64,000 nt of DNA from Eledone cirrhosa (Eukaryota), in assembly GCA_964016885.1 (NCBI GenBank), contig OZ024743.1:218302001-218366000 (forward strand). The letters are read 5' to 3'. The notes beneath the pieces were generated by a model. It was not told the origin of the DNA, made no database searches, and saw nothing but the letters and a program-made list of their open reading frames with translations. This document shows positions 13,736 to 27,596 of this stretch, piece by piece (position 1 is the stretch's first letter; each line of letters opens with the position of its first letter). The position numbers and the translations under genes were made by a program.

Positions 13736-15003
13736 CATGTAGGAGCCAATACGTGTCGTTTGTAGTGTTGTGAATAGTAGCTAAATTTCCCTCAAACAAG
13801 ACAGTAACATCATAAAGTAAGAATACATTTGGATAATATCTTCAAAAATATACTGTAACTGAAAAACAAAACTAGATGGGATGGTCAAGGATGTACCACA
13901 TTTGATCAAGTTTTGCTCGATGAGATATGATCTATGCCTAAACAACAAAATCAACATCAGCAACAACAACAATACTAACATCAAAAACAACATAAATACA
14001 CTGATTTCGAAACGCCAATGTCTTGCAGTCATAATCAGTGATGGGAAAAACGTCGGATATAAACTTTGAGGATGTACATGAATCTGAAATGTTTAAGGCA
14101 GTCCGGCGTACTCTTCAACTTCCTTTTGGTAACTTCTGCGACGACATTGATTCTAAGCTGCGTCGACCCTTGTGTTTCGATTATATAACAAGGGAGACAC
14201 GCTGTATGGGTAAACTGCTGGTATTTCATATAACTTTACTCAGGACTACGCCTCTGACAGACTCGCGTATTTTACTCTCTTCAAGACAGACGTCCGTCGT
14301 GTTGCAATTATTCCTCCATGATGCTGCAATTCAACGAGGATGAATTTTCATTGTGTTCTATTGCTAGAGCTTGCATTATCGGTAATATCATAGAAACGGA
14401 TAATAAATCCTCAGATTAATGCCAGAGCTTCAAATTTGACCGAATGGGAAAATAGGATCTTTGAATACTCACTGCGTTTCCAAGCACCACCACGTAGAGG
14501 TACAAAAGCTGGATTACGCTAGCAGGAAATGGGATTTGAATTTAGAACGCATAGTGTCGGAAGAGCTAGCACTCAAATAATTACGTCAATTCACCAGCTT
14601 GGGCTAGTAATTTTTCTATCGATTCCGAAATAATCAAACGCAAAGTTGATCTCAGTGAGATTGAACTCAGGACACCGAGAACCGGGGTAAAGAGAGCATA
14701 ATATTTAATCCAACGACTCTGATAATTTGCCGCATTTGAAACACCATTGATCAGAATTCTGCTCAATAAAAACTGATCCAGAACAAACTAAAGCCTTATC
14801 CTACCATACAACGTAAAAATGGTGATGCCAACTTTGAATTAAGTACAGAACAAACATGCAAAATTATCATATTGCCAGAAACCAATATACTAGTACCCGA
14901 TAAAAGTGTTAACAGTTTTAGTAGAAGGTATGTTTTTAACTTTCTCTTCAAAAGGCACAAATAGATAAGGCATAAATATAGACTCACATACATTTTACAG
15001 CAT

Positions 15004-15184
15004 CGAGGGTCGGCTGAAAAGTTCATAGGCTGACCAAGATACTCTCATGGCATGACCAAACATAGTCCCCGGAAAGAAACAATATACTTAATAATATGAA
15101 GAGTTGAAATTAATGAATGCAAGATTTCACAGCTCTAGCATCAATCCTTCATAGTCAGCCTTGGAACTTTTCAGCCGATTCTCG
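15004..15184. mobile_element. Mariner-type MITE (same family as 3424-3619)
   Basis: CGAGGGTCGGCTGAAAAGTTC...GAACTTTTCAGCCGATTCTCG-TA. Confidence 0.8.
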
Positions 15185-16564
15185 TATACTCTCCTGCTAA
15201 ATCGAGACTACCACAAGGTGCTCGTTTAAGTTAAAATGAACTGCGTGTGTAAAAAATATTCTTAGATAATTAAAATTTCCCATTTAGTTGAAAGAAAATA
15301 AGACATTGTAAAAATTGATAACGATTATCAATGAAAGAGGAAAATGGTTTCAAGAAAATAAGATTTGATTTCTCACATTAATTTACATGCTTAGAGAAAG
15401 AACAATCTAATCACTTGAGTTATTTCCCTTAACTCATTTTATTCTAAATTTATACGCATAATAAATGGGAATAAAAAGTAACGCTGTTCTAGAAATATAT
15501 ATATGGATCGTAGTAGACTACCTTACTTCAAAGCAAAAAGATATCAAGTGTATATATCAACAGCTAACCGCTGGAACCATGAAAAATATAGAAATGAAAT
15601 ATGAAAAAGGAAACATACATGATAATAAAACAAAATCAAACATAAGAAAAACAATCAAACGATGAGAATAAAAGCATTAAATCAATAAACATTGAAAGCG
15701 TAAATCAAGAAAATAGACCTTGTGAAAACAAAACAAAAGCAAATATTAAAAGTGAATACAACTACACTAAGCACATATAGAATATTGTCCAATGAAGTTG
15801 AACCAGAACTACGATAGCAAAAATATGAATACAATTGAAAACGATAAAGATCTAAGAGTAGAAATATCTAAAGCTGGTAATTTTGGATATGACAGTAGTT
15901 TAAAGGTGAAAATAGTTACAGTATTAAATTCAATATACGATCATCGTTTTGACCGACGAAAATCCCAACACAAAGATAAATCTTAATAATGAAGCAGCAA
16001 CGTTTTTTTTTTTTCATTCTAAAAGTGAGAAAAACTGGGCCAATATTGGCGGGAAACAGATGTGGCCATGAATATACACAAGATAAATCATATAATCTAA
16101 TAATCTATTCGTCATAGGGAGTAAACACAAAGGAAAGTATAAACGACTTTAAAACTTTTCCGAAAGTAACATCTAACCTCCCCCCCCCCCCTTTCACACC
16201 AAACACAAAACGTAAAAAATTTAACAAGCAGAAAAAGAAAGAAAATATACGATCTCCCAACTCTCATTGTGGTCGACAGCAAAAATAAATAATTGAAAAA
16301 ATTATTCAGAAGCAAACAACATTACACAAATATAACAAACAATAATTGAAATGAAAAAGCACCTAAATCATACAGAAGTCATTGTTGCAACGCTTCTAAT
16401 TCATTTTATATACCTGTGTATGTATGTGCATGTGTGCGTTTCGGTGTGTCTGTATGTGCCTGTGTGTGTTTGTATGTGTATGCGTGTGTGTCTAAATGTA
16501 TGCGTGTGCGTGTGTAGTGACAGCATCCGTATGAAGGAAAAAGGACGAGAGCGCTGTATATAAT

Positions 16565-16780
16565 GGTTTCTTATATAGGCACAAGTCCAGCAATTTTGGG
16601 GAAGGGGAAAGTCGATTAAATCGACCCCAGTGCCTGACTGGTACTTTATTTTATCGATCCCGTAAGGATGTAAGGCAAAGTTAACCTCGGCGGGATTTGA
16701 ACTCAGATCATAAAGGGCCGTAATTCTATACTGCAAAGCATGGCGTCCGACCCTCAACTGATACTGCAAATCCACCGCCC
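16565..16780 (-). mobile_element. Major-family SINE
   Basis: Reverse complement of head, core and tail. Confidence 0.8.
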
Positions 16781-16890
16781 CTGGCGCTTTATATAATGAG
16801 AAAGGGTTAATATATTATGATTCATATACGAAACATTTATCACACTACCTTAGGTTTCAATGTATGCCTCGTTCAGACATTTTGTTTCTT

Positions 16891-16996
16891 CGTCCGATGA
16901 AAGGATAGGGACCATCGGTCTGTATATGAATTCTGAATCGTGCTTTTACAGTCCGCAGATGTACTGCGCGTCTATGCCTTGAAACTTAAGATAGCG
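16891..16996 (+). ncRNA. Decayed hammerhead with U4C core and long stem II
   Basis: cgt-CCGATGA-aaggatag...ctatgcctt-GAAAC-ttaa-gaTA-gcg; the inverted arm at 16812-16865 preserves GAAACC-TAA-GGTA. Confidence 0.55.
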
Positions 16997-17028
16997 TGAT
17001 AAATGTGTCATGTATGAATCATAATATT

Positions 17029-17088
<60 letters not shown>

Positions 17089-17327
17089 ACACACTTCGTT
17101 TTTTAATTTGTTTTGCAAGATTTCTTATCTGAAAACGTGTGTTGAAAAAGATGTTATACTTTGGGAGGGTCAAGCTACCAACAAAAACATATGCACCTGT
17201 TGGTTTTCACTTCAATTTATTATAAATTTCCGGTTGGTTGGTGGTTTCGATAACCTTTGTTCTGTCCTACACCATCTTGTTTTCGGTGTAGCACAGAACA
17301 TCGAAGAGACACAAAATAAAAACCCAA

Positions 17328-17368
17328 TCACTGAGGATGTCACAGAACGTGCGACGAAAGAGCTTTGA
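17328..17368 (+). ncRNA. Minimal hammerhead (slightly decayed)
   Basis: tca-CTGAGGA-t gtc acagaacgtgc gac-GAAA-gagc-TT-tga; 20-bp inverted repeat at 17152-17171/17385-17404. Confidence 0.65.
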
Positions 17369-17473
17369 CAACCATCTGGTTATCGACCCTCCCAAAGTAT
17401 AACAATATATATATATAAGTTATATAAGTATATATACGTACATACATATATGTATACAGACGTACAGTAGAAT

Positions 17474-17516
17474 ACGGTGGTGATGACATCTAATAAGCTA
17501 GAAACTAGTTCATCGT
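17474..17516 (+). ncRNA. Degenerate family-I hammerhead (C3G)
   Basis: acggtg-GTGATGA-catct aata agcta-GAAA-ctag-TT-catcgt. Confidence 0.7.
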
Positions 17517-17776
17517 TCCTTTGTCAGTGTTGAACAAAATGGCAACGATGGTTGCCGAACACTGTACGGCTAATAATTTGGGCTGTTTGTTTACAAACAA
17601 ACCGAGCATCATAATAAATGTTCGGTAAACCCATATGTACATATATATATGTGTGTGCATGTATGTATGTATATACATACTACTGTACGTCTGTATACAT
17701 ATATGTATGTACGTTTACATACTTATATTTAGGTATCAGCCGTACTAAGAGTGAGAAATGAAATTTCATTTATTCC

Positions 17777-17839
<63 letters not shown>

Positions 17840-17923
17840 AAAAGTAAACGGAAACAACAAAGCGAACAAAACAATATAATGAATAAATATATTAGTTTAA
17901 CGGTTGATATAGTAGGCTACGAA

Positions 17924-17959
17924 TCTTTACCTTTCGGAAACTTGTCCTTCATCAGAAGA
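17924..17959 (-). ncRNA. Minimal hammerhead, family G
   Basis: Minus strand: tctt-CTGATGA-a ggac aagt ttcc-GAAA-gg-TA-aaga; flanks are homologous to 50640-50730. Confidence 0.7.
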
Positions 17960-18089
17960 GAGAATGAAAAATAGAATATGAAATAGAAAGAGTGTGAGAA
18001 GAGAAAGCAAAGAGAAAATGTTGGGGCTGAGGAGCACGCGTGCATTCGTGTGTGCGTGTGTTGCTAACTAAGTAAATAATTCATCCCCA

Positions 18090-19470
18090 ACCCAATATAA
18101 TTTTATCAAGAAATATAGGGTAAAACTCAATATAAGGTCAATAGTGAGATAGGTAAAATACTTTTTGAGAGAATAATGGATAAGTGGTGGATTGAAACGA
18201 CGAGAGCACTAAAACCGAAAAGTGTAACTTCGACAAGAAATGAATATGAAAGTAACCCCGATACTACAAAAAAATAAGCACTTGGGAGACAATTGGAAGT
18301 GACTAAATGTTAAATATCTGGCTAAAGAGTCCGGTTAACACAAAAAAAAAAATTTGCAAGGATATTGAACAATTTACAGAAAGATCCACAAACAGCGTTT
18401 GAATAACTAATGCTTAAGGTTGAAAAAAACATCAAACTTCAAAATCTACTGACCAATGTCCTGTCAATGTACAAAGCTTTTACATTAATCTTATTGCAAA
18501 AGATGTATGTTCGCATGGGAAATAATATCTCATTTTCAGAAGAACAGGAAAAGTTGCTATAATTGGTTGTAGGGCTGAGAAAAAGCAGTTACTAGTCAAT
18601 AATACAATAACTAGAGAAGGAAAAGGAGTATGAGAATGACATCCAATGATTAACATAAAGCTTTATTTTTTTATTTACAATGTTCCTTACCCGTGAATTC
18701 TCAAAGTATCATCCACGAGTACAGTAACACAAAAGAAGTGAATGTGGAATAAAATCAGTTCTTGTCAGAAAAAATATCTCAATAGAAATCCTTCTTTCCC
18801 AATTCATTTTCTGTCTAACACTAACAATATTTTAAATATTTTAAATATTTTAAATCACACTAGTTGCAAATACTTGTATGATAGATAAGGTGACAACCAA
18901 TCATATCTTGTGTATGGAGGACTTCAGGTTGTACACTAAAGATGACAAACAACTTGTAGTTCTTTTATATGCGGTATGTTAATCCAAGAAATAAATTAAT
19001 AGACGATAATAATGAAACTAAACTTAGAAAAATGCACCAAGACTGCCTTAAAGAAAGGAAAAATTAATATTACCATAGATAATTAAAAGATATCAAAGAA
19101 TTAGAGCATGGACAGAAATATAAATATTTAGAGATAAAGAAACTAGACTGTAGAGCATGTACAAATAAAAAATGATTATGAAGAAATGTTCTAGATTCAC
19201 ATTTAAAACTGAATGAAACGCAAAAATAAATGACAAAAGTTGGTATCAATAGCCGAATTCCTTCAGTTATAAATTATAATTATACCATTCTCGGCTGAAA
19301 CTTAAGTGAATTAGAAAGGCAAGGTAGGAAGACTAGATAAATTATGATTCAATTTGCAATACACCAACTAAAAGCTGGCACTGAAAGATTGTATTTGCCA
19401 GCACAATTAGAAAACCATCATAAAATATGTATTGTTTGACTTTAAAAAAATACTTACTACTAATAGTAAT
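18090..19470 (+). mobile_element. R4/Dong-clade LINE RT fragment (heavily decayed)
   Basis: LCMEDFRLY (degenerate LYMDDxKLY) at ~18908; YKYL; RKTR*IM...HQLKAGTERLYLP at ~19325-19400. Confidence 0.7.
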
Positions 19471-19991
19471 AGCCATAATTGTAAGTTTGGCACAAGGCCA
19501 CACACATTTAACATAAGAGATAGAATATCTTGAATAAAATTTCTAGGCGACGTGATTTAGTGATTTTTTTTCTTCTATATACTGCTAAGCATTTCGTCTG
19601 ATACTCACCTATGTTTGGCACTCAATGCGAACGATACATAAAATCTGGTACATTGGGTATCTTATCGATCGACGTGGAAAGCAATAATATGCTCGAAACG
19701 AATGTGAGGGAAGTGATAGGCATTCAGACAAACTGTTAAATACCTCATGAATCCAAGGACAGACACGTGATACAAATACTAAGAGAATCACTAGAGTCTC
19801 TTTCTCGAAATATTTCATTCTCATTTAAAGAACTTCCATTTGATGCCAAAACGTGTTTTGTTTCAAACTCCTGCCATTTTTTTTATTACACGCACATATA
19901 TATTAAAATAACAGATTAAAGTTTAAGTAAGGAATCGCTGCTTGTCGAGCCCTCTTCGGATTTTAGTCTTCACATTTATTATTATTATTAC

Positions 19992-20024
<33 letters not shown>

Positions 20025-20208
20025 ACTGATCTGTCCAGCTCGTTTGTCTACCAGCATATCAGGAAAAAATTGTACATTTTCTATGTATTTTGTCTGAGAA
20101 GGAGATGTTTTGCTTTATGTTATACATAAAACTTTACATCTTCGAAATATATATAATGAAATAAATAGAGATGATATAGAGTATATATCTTTCGTTTATT
20201 TCTATTAT

Positions 20209-20270
<62 letters not shown>

Positions 20271-20386
20271 AGTTATTCCGGGTTGAGTCGGAGGTAACCA
20301 CAGTAAGTAAGGTACTCAATACATAGCAGAGTATAAAAGTTTTAATATAGATGAGATTCTACAGGACTAGAACTGTTTTACTCTTT

Positions 20387-20437
20387 AGATTCCTGATGAT
20401 TTCTAAAGAATTAAACAGTTCTAGTCTTGTAGAATCT
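20387..20437 (+). ncRNA. Type-I hammerhead, family L (G12T in this copy)
   Basis: agattc-CTGATGA-t ttc taaa gaa t-TAAA-cag ttctagtc ttg-TA-gaatct. Confidence 0.7.
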
Positions 20438-21527
20438 CATCTATATTAAAACTTATATATATATATATATATATATATATCCTCTTTACCAGGGTTTTTT
20501 GTGAGGGGCCGGGTTTCTGCTCCATAGAGGAGAACGGAGAGGACCGATGTGTGTGTGTAAGAAAAATGTTTCAAAAGAAATACAACAGATTAAATTATTC
20601 ATTCTTCTTTTTCTTTCTTTCAACGTTTTTTCTTCTCCCCAGGTCTGAATATAGCATATTTCTTCCAGAGAAGGATAGATGTTGTGAGAGAATGGAAGTG
20701 AGAAAAATATAGAGAAAGAATCGACCCCAATATTTGACTGGTACTTATTTTATCGATCTTGAATGGGCGGGATTTGAACTCAGAGAGCAGAAAGCCGAAA
20801 CAAATACTGCAGAACATTCTATCCGACGTTCTAACGACTCTGCCAATTCGCCGCCTATTCATTCTTTACAATAAGCAAAACAAAAACATACTTTAAACAC
20901 CACATAATCTATTTTCTCTTTTGATTTTCGGGCATTTTCCTTTTCTTTTTCTTTCCATTGTGTTTGTTTTTATATTTGGTTAGTTTTTTTTATTCGATTT
21001 CTGTTTTTATTTTTTAAGTCATAATTCTCTTTGGTTGTTGTTGTTAGAGCTGTTTATATTTTAATGTTCGTTTTATATTTCCTTCCTCGCTTAATTGTTT
21101 GTTTGTTCGCATTATAAATCTTTTTATTATTATTGTTGTTGTTGTTGCCCTTGATATTGTTGTTGATGCATTTCCTTTTCCTTTTTATTATTTGCCTTTG
21201 TAACAAAAATGAAAGATAAGACACATACGATTCATCACGTACTTTCAACAACTCAACAGTTTTTGTAGTTTTGTTATTCGTTGTTCAGTTTCCTCTTTTA
21301 ATCTATATTTTCTTTTTATTGCCTTCTACATATACAAGTGGATGAGTGTACAAACAAAGAAAATTGCACTCAATACGCCGAGCACTCAATATATAGTGTA
21401 TATATATTTTTGGAATTTAAGAGTCAATGACTCCCAAAGGCATTACTGTAATTTTTTTAGACACGCAAGCACAAGTTTATTCTTCAAATTTGCGGGAAAC
21501 GTCTGTCTGTACACACACACACACACT

Positions 21528-21576
<49 letters not shown>

Positions 21577-21780
21577 TAACATGAAACTATTTATGTATAT
21601 ATATATATATAAACATGAATATGTATTTATGTATGTGTGTATATATATGTATATATATATGTGTGTGCGTGTGTGTATACAAATAATATATATATTTGTA
21701 ATCAACCTTTCAGTTGCTCAAGTATACTTCACTTCTTATGTGGATATGGGTATATTATATTCAGTATTTCATATTGAGGT

Positions 21781-21824
<44 letters not shown>

Positions 21825-22451
21825 AGTGCCTGTATAAATGTGTATATATCATAGCTATATGCGTGTTTACTTCGAGTTCATATGTGTATGTGTGAAGTAT
21901 ATGTGAATGCATAAATCTAATCTATACATGCATCACACAATCACACGCTGATGTAAACACACTGACATGTGGAATGAACGATACAGTATGAGGTAAAATC
22001 AGATATATATTTATAACAAAAAAAATATCACACATTTCTTGGAAATAGAAAATGAGATAAAATAGAAATAACAATATAAGAATATAAAAATAAAACTGTA
22101 AAAGTTAGAATGAAAGAAAAAACAAACAAAGATATATCAAATTTGCATACATGTGTATGTGAAAGTATATATAATATATATATACAGATGAATGTACATT
22201 TATATATATGTGTGTGTGTGTACATGTATTTGTATATATATTTATATGTGTGTGTATACATGTACATACACACTTATATATATGCATATGCACTCACACC
22301 TATATATACATATATATATGCACACAGACATACACACACACACACATATATATATATACACACACAAACATTATATTATATTATATATATTATATATATG
22401 TATATATATATATGTATATATATGTATATATATGTATATATATATGTATAT

Positions 22452-22501
<50 letters not shown>

Positions 22502-22565
22502 GTATATATTATATTATATATATGTATATTATATATATTTATATATATATACATACACACACACA

Positions 22566-22599
<34 letters not shown>

Positions 22600-23224
22600 T
22601 ACACACATAAATGGGAAAATATTTTGATCAGATTTTGTTTCTGATAATGAATTCACTAAATCGAAAATTAAACAATCTGATTTCTTGCTTTTAATTAATT
22701 TTCTTTGTAGTTCTTCGTATTATCGATTACATATTTTGGGGATTCTTTTCCGTTATTATTTTTTTAAAAGATCATGTATTTATTTTTGCTTCGTTTTGGT
22801 TTGTTTTTTTTTCCTATAAATTCTTGAGTATTTCTCAAGAATTATAAAAATATAAATTTTATTGTTAACTTAAAATAAAACCAAATGATTATTTAATTAA
22901 ATAAAACTCTGGATCTGAATTAAAGGTCTTCGTAAAGATGTCCTGAACAAGGTGAATATTTTACCCAAAGCGCATTCATTCTTGTTGTTTAAAGAAGATC
23001 GAATACAGCTTTGATTTAATTACTGAGGAGAAATTCTCCATCAGAGTGACTTTGAGCACTTGTGATTAATTTTAATTGCTCATGTTATGGTTGTTATTAT
23101 TATTCATTTGATTTCCATCATCTTCAGCCGGTCTTAACCAGAGACCTCCTCAGGCACGTTTACATTTGATGGAGAGAAACTTCCTGAGGTGAGCAGTTGA
23201 TGTGAGCAAAATTCTTTAACCTCA

Positions 23225-24300
23225 TTATTATTATTGTTGTTGTTTCGCTCAAATAAATTGGAATTATTTCCTTAGGTTTAAGTCACGATTAGCTTCTTCA
23301 GAACTCAAAGAACTTTCTAGTGATGTTTGCTGTACCTATTAAGGCAGAGTTATGAATCATCGCTACATCTGTAGTTAATTTTATGTTTTTAAGGAATCTT
23401 TCCATTCTGTTGGTAATAGTCACTAATGTACCAGTAACAGTGGGGGGGGGGGGGTTACTGTTGCGGAGACACTCCACAATATCCTTATCTCCCTAGCAAA
23501 TTCCTGGTACGTTTGAATTTTTCTGCTCCTTGTTGATCACGTTCATGTCAGTAGGAATGGCTATGTCAGCAACTAAATATACTTTTGAAATTTTGTGTAT
23601 AATAACTATGTCATGTCTTCAGCTTATATGTCGTGGTCAGTTTAGATTGTGAATTGTTAAAGTACCTTCAACCTGTCATTTTCAAGAACACTTTTGTTCG
23701 GGTTTGATGTCATTTGCCACTCACTTCAACCCATTGTTAGCGCAATATGTCATAGTGCTGAGCCCTCACCATACAATCATGGCGACACTTATATTCACTT
23801 TGTGCCAAGCAGCTAAAACCACTTTCAGTGTGGATTATTGACTCATCCTTATCATTGCACATTCTGTATTTGGTACACTCAGTAGTATTGTCTTCTTTTT
23901 TACTCTAATAAGATTAGACTTTAATAAGGCCCATAATTGGGGAACTATGATCTGATTTTCAGTTTCTTTCTTCAGCTCCTTATTTTTCAGTCACAACCAG
24001 GATTTCTCTTTAAAAGCTACATATTCCTTGATTTGTCTGAAATGCTATCCAAGAAGGGCTTTTCCTCAAACATCAGTTGCTTTCCCCCTTTCTTCCTTCT
24101 TTTGTATGCTTTTGTATTTTCAATTTCAACTTCATTGGCCCGCCCCGCTTGCTGCAGATATAAGTATTCCTGAACTTATCTATCCAAGTTAAGTTCTGCA
24201 ATATCAACACAGTCCTAAATTAAAATTAACCCTCTCCCTTCCTTTCTGTGTAGATATAATTCATCTATCCACACTATCACCTGGATGAAATGCTCTATCC
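23225..24300 (-). mobile_element. R4/Dong-clade LINE 3' fragment (decayed)
   Basis: AFHPGDSVD.ELYLHRKEG..GLI, then the knuckle CRMCNDKDESIIH..SG...LAQSEYKCRHD, then endonuclease-like DIVII..VADIAIP; ends near a (TAA)n/(CAA)n run. Confidence 0.75.
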
Positions 24301-24461
24301 AACGCTCTACCGATTCTGCCAATCCACCGTTGCCTACAATAATAAGACAACAACACACTTGAGCATCTCTTCATCTGGAATGATAGATTTGAGAACTTCA
24401 TATAAAAATATGACACATTACTGAATTAAATAAGACTAGTACACTGATTTCAAAACAACAT

Positions 24462-24574
<113 letters not shown>

Positions 24575-24893
24575 ACTGGGAAAGCGAGTGTAAAGTATTC
24601 AATGCATAAAGCCGATATATTCAAACTGATAATACAGTTCGTCCTCCATAGAGTTTCTCGATAGAAACATTGTGTAGCGATGTCATGAATCAGTAACTTC
24701 GAATGAAAATACTATATATATATATATATATATATTCAAAATATTAATAAATATAGACATTCAACGTAATCAAAATATATTTTATTATATATATTTCGGA
24801 AGTACTGTGCTGTTTTTTCAGTACGTCCTCATCAAGACTGCCAAGACTGGAATTGAACCAGCAGCACAGTTGAGGTATGTCACACATCAATTT

Positions 24894-24965
24894 ATATATT
24901 TTATCTGATGAGGACGTACTGAAAAAACAGCACAGTATCTCCGAAATATATATAATAAAATATAT
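24894..24965 (+). ncRNA. Type-I hammerhead ribozyme, intact core
   Basis: atatattttat-CTGATGA-ggacgtactg...cagtatctcc-GAAA-tatata-TA-ataaaatatat: 11-bp stem I, short stem III with palindromic ATAT loop. Confidence 0.88.
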
Positions 24966-25103
24966 TTTGATTACGTTGAATGTCTATATTTATTAATATT
25001 ATAAATTAATATTAATAACTCCAGAAACTCCCTAGTTGAGTGCTTCTAATCTATTGTAAAACTATATTCATTGATTAATCAATTAACCTTGTTTAACTTT
25101 TTG

Positions 25104-25157
<54 letters not shown>

Positions 25158-25368
25158 GTATATATGTGTGTGTGTAAATAGATAGATAGACAGATGGGTA
25201 TGAGCAAGACGTGGTCACCTGATCTGTCTGGCATCATCGAACGACAGAGCGTCTAACTCATGCATGAATGGAAAATAGACGTTAAACGGTGATGATGGCA
25301 TATATGTTTGTGTATGAGCGTGTATGTGTGTGTGTGTGTGTATGTGCATGTGTGTGTATGTGTGTGTA

Positions 25369-25427
<59 letters not shown>

Positions 25428-26964
25428 GTGCATTTAGGTTTGCAAATGAGAAAAGATGTGTGCTTATTACAAATGTATGTACAGTGCAGAGGTTTATTAT
25501 AGAGTTGAGACTATTTTATCTCAGTTAAACACACATACATACATACACACACATACATACATACACATACATACATACATACATACATACATACATACAT
25601 ACATACATACATACATACATACATACATACATACACGCAGATACACACACACAAGCAAACACACATATACAGACACATACATATTTGCTGTGAGATATTT
25701 TGCGATTCAGCCACGCCTAAACGACATTTGAAAAGATTCGACAGATGAATTATGTTTACAAATAAAGATATAATGCGGGTTTAAACAGAGATGCGTCGAC
25801 ATTTGAATACAAATCACAAGTCCGTCTGCTTGTTTGTATGTCTTGTTTCTTTCTCTATTTTTTTTTTTTTTGTGTATACCATTAAGGTTTTGTTTATTGT
25901 TGTTTTCTTCAAACAAAACAAAGAAGAAAATAGATTCCCTTAAAACATAGTTTGCGTATACTAACTAACACATGGCCTCGTCAAATGTTAGACATAGCTG
26001 GGTGTGTTGTACGTTTATTTACAACTAACAGCGTCTAACTTCGTTTATCTCATAACTCAGCTTTCTCGTGAATTCCAGTAAAACAGTTTATTATGCAAAT
26101 ATTTCGTGGCCTCAGCTTCGTGACTCGACTTAAGTATCTCTCGTCTAAAACGTCTATTCGTTGGTCGTATTCACATCTTTTTACGTCAGGTGTTACTACT
26201 AAACAAAATATTCGGGCGGTAACGGTTACAATTTTATTTGGATTATTTTTTTCTTCTTCTTCTTCTTCTTCTTCTTCTTCTTCTTCTTCTTCTTCTTCTT
26301 CTTCTTCTTCTTCTTCTTCTTCTTCTTCTTCTTCTTCACGCTCGACACAGATGTGTTAATGTCGAAGACACAATAATAACACTTCCTCCGCCTCTCCAAC
26401 TCTTCCACCTCCCATATACACCTCATTGCAAACAAGTTACTAATTAAATAAGCAAATAAATAAATAAATCATTCTAATTAAGAGAGTGTATGTATGTGCT
26501 GAGAATGTTTTCCAGTGTAATTTTAAAGAAGAGGTGATGAGGCATGAAGGAAAGAGAGAAGACGGTGGGGAACAGCATGTTGGCGGGGGATGGGGGAACG
26601 ATAGAAACGAAGGGGAAGGCGAAGAAGAAGAAGAAGAAGAAGAAGAAGAAGAAGAAGAAGAAGAAGAAGAAGAAGAAGGGGTAAGGAAGAGGTTGAGAAG
26701 AAGAAGGAGAAGAAGAAGAAGAAGAAGAAGAAGAAGAAGAAGAAGAAGAAGAAGAAGAAGAAGAAGAAGAAGAATATAACATGGTGAAGGAAATTTGATA
26801 GAAATTGTGCTTGAGCCTATTAAGTGTGTGTATGTGTGTGTGTGTGTGCGCGCGCGCACGTGTACATCTTTCGCTCATGTACCACGATGACGGATATAAC
26901 TACAGTTAAAAAGATACTCAAAACATTGGTAGAGTATAGGCTTCTTTATTACATATAGAAATGA

Positions 26965-27011
26965 GTTCTACAGGACTAGAACTGTTTCATTCGTATGAAA
27001 TCATTAGAAAT
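26965..27011 (-). ncRNA. Type-I hammerhead, family L (G5A in this copy)
   Basis: Minus strand: attt-CTAATGA-t ttc atac gaa t-GAAA-cag ttctagtc ctg-TA-gaac. Confidence 0.65.
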
Positions 27012-27094
27012 GCCATTTTTTCTTTCGCATACTCATTTTACACCGAACGTGAATTGGCTTACATAAAACGGGTACTTCTATCCCCTCTCTCTCC

Positions 27095-27182
<88 letters not shown>

Positions 27183-27191
27183 GTAAGTATG

Positions 27192-27246
<55 letters not shown>

Positions 27247-27252
<6 letters not shown>

Positions 27253-27596
27253 CAAGAAAGAAGATTGACATGGTTCGCTATACAATAAGGGCTTTATTCA
27301 CATTGCTGACAATTGTTTCTTTGATCTGGCAGGTCTAGAGTTCGCTATACGCCTGTTTTTGCGCCAATCGATCTCCAATACTTTGTTTATAACCAGTCTG
27401 TTTCATCGGTGCCGGTGAAAGCTTTCACCCGCACCGATGAAACAGACTGGTTATAAACAAAGTATTGGAGATCGATTGGCGCAAAAACAGGCGTATAGCG
27501 AACTCTAGACCTGCCAGATCAAAGAAACAATTGTCAGCAATGTGAATAAAGCCCTTATTGTATAGCGAACCATGTCAATCTTCTTTCTTGAATTAT
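27247..27596. repeat. 350-bp near-perfect palindrome (175-bp arms) in a (TA)n-inserted element extending to ~27762
   Basis: Centre AAAG|CTTT at 27421/27422; only mismatch seen is 27413/27430. Each arm carries a hammerhead 3' half GAAAC-AATT-GTC (27524-27535). Confidence 0.95.

Noticed and set aside
19931-19972. CCGAAGA-GGG on the minus strand as an HHR 5' half
   Set aside because: No GAAA or stem III partner downstream.
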